Positions 62,907 to 64,000 of a stretch of 64,000 nucleotides of DNA are shown one piece after another. This DNA is from Eledone cirrhosa (lineage: Eukaryota). Below the pieces are notes generated by a model that did not search any database, had not been told where the DNA came from, and was given only the letters and a program-made list of their open reading frames with translations. Made by a program: the position numbers and the translations under genes. The stretch covers positions 339,636,001 to 339,700,000 of the forward strand of contig OZ024742.1 of assembly GCA_964016885.1 (NCBI GenBank). The letters run 5' to 3'. How positions within the stretch are numbered: position 1 is the stretch's first letter; each line of letters starts with the position of its first letter.

Positions 62907-63308
62907 AATTGTTTCTACTTTTTGGCACAAGGCCAGCAATTATCCCAGTGTATTACTGGTACTTTATTTTATCGACCCCGTAAGGATGAAAGGCAAAGTT
63001 AACCTCGGCGGGATTTGAACTCAGTCCGTAAAGGGACGTAACTGTGCTACAAAGCATGGCGCCCGACCCTCTACCGATACTGACAATCCACCACCGATAT
63101 ATATATACAATAATGATTTCTAGTATAGGTACAAGGCCAGTCATTTGGGGGGAGGGGAAAGTCGATTAAATCGATTCCAGTGCATTACTGGTACTTTATT
63201 TTATCGACCCCCGTAAGGATGAACGGCAAAGTCAACCTCAGCGGGATTTGAACCCAGACCGTAAAGGGCCGTAAATCTATGCCGCAAAGCATATTATCCG
63301 ACGTTCTA
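62904..63308 (-). mobile_element. Two tandem tRNA-derived SINE copies
   Basis: Family match to 1-710; copies at about 62904-63095 and 63108-63308. Confidence 0.88.
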
Positions 63309-63439
63309 CACACACACACACACACATACATACACACATACACACATACACACATGGGGATATTTGACTAAAATGATATTAAATCATAACTGTGAATGTG
63401 AGTTCCACCTGGCGTTATGGGACAAAAGAGTCGCATAGG

Positions 63440-64000
63440 AGAAGAAGGAGATGAAGAAGACGATGATGATACTGATGAGGATGGGGATGCTGATAAGGAT
63501 GGGGATATAGAGGAAGAGGAAGAGGAGAATGAGGAGGAGGGGGAGAAGAAGAAGAAGAAGAATAGAAGCACAACAACAAGATCAAGTAAAAAGGAAGTTG
63601 AAATATTAAGAAACGATATAAAAAAAAGATGAAGAAAAAGAAGAAAATGAAGAAGAAGAAGAAGAAGAAGAAGAAGAAGAAGAAGAAGAAGAAGAAGAAG
63701 AAGAAGAAGAAGAAGAAGAAGAAGAAGAAGAAGAAGAAAGCTAATAATAATAATAAGAAGAAGAGGAAAAAGAAGAAGCAAAAGAGGAGGAAGAAAAAGA
63801 AGAAGATGAAGAAGCAGAAGTAGTAGAAGATGAAGAAGAAGAAAAAGAAGAAGAATAAAAAGTGGAGGAAGAAGAAGATGAAGAAGAAGAAGAAGAAGAA
63901 GAAGAAGAAGAAAACGAAGAAGAAGAAGAAGAAGAAGAAGAAGAAGAAGAAGAAGAAGAAGAAGAAGAAGAAGAAGAAAAAGATGAACCAGAAGAAAACG
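63440..64000. repeat. (GAA)n purine-rich simple repeat
   Basis: Directly visible. Confidence 0.95.

Noticed and set aside
63368-64000. Acidic, poly-Lys or poly-Leu ORFs
   Set aside because: Translations of (GAA)n.

Overview
Repeat-saturated animal genomic DNA. The SINE, microsatellite and transposon complement suggests a cephalopod (octopus-like) genome; this is inference. No host protein-coding gene can be supported. The dominant structure (20.4-48.4 kb) is a cluster of eight same-orientation (minus-strand) L1-Tx1-type LINE insertions from several subfamilies. All have their 3' ends in GATA/GACA-type repeats or a derived 44-bp satellite, and they include a head-to-tail array of about 3.2 copies of a 5.7-kb element. 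Across divergent copies these LINEs conserve splice-like signals: a 60-67 nt intron-like segment in the 5' UTR, and a donor just upstream of ORF2 paired with an acceptor whose AG is the ORF2 stop codon. This suggests a LINE in which ORF2 is entirely intronic in an ORF1-only mRNA. The first 15 kb holds many Penelope-like fold-back remnants carrying hammerhead ribozyme motifs inside (TA)n, including a nested 2.3-kb palindrome centred on a hammerhead. Also present: RTE-derived non-autonomous elements and an R4-clade fragment in (TACA)n, tRNA-derived SINEs, mariner, hATm and Helitron remnants, and several minisatellites. All alignments and folds were done by eye; no database searches were run.
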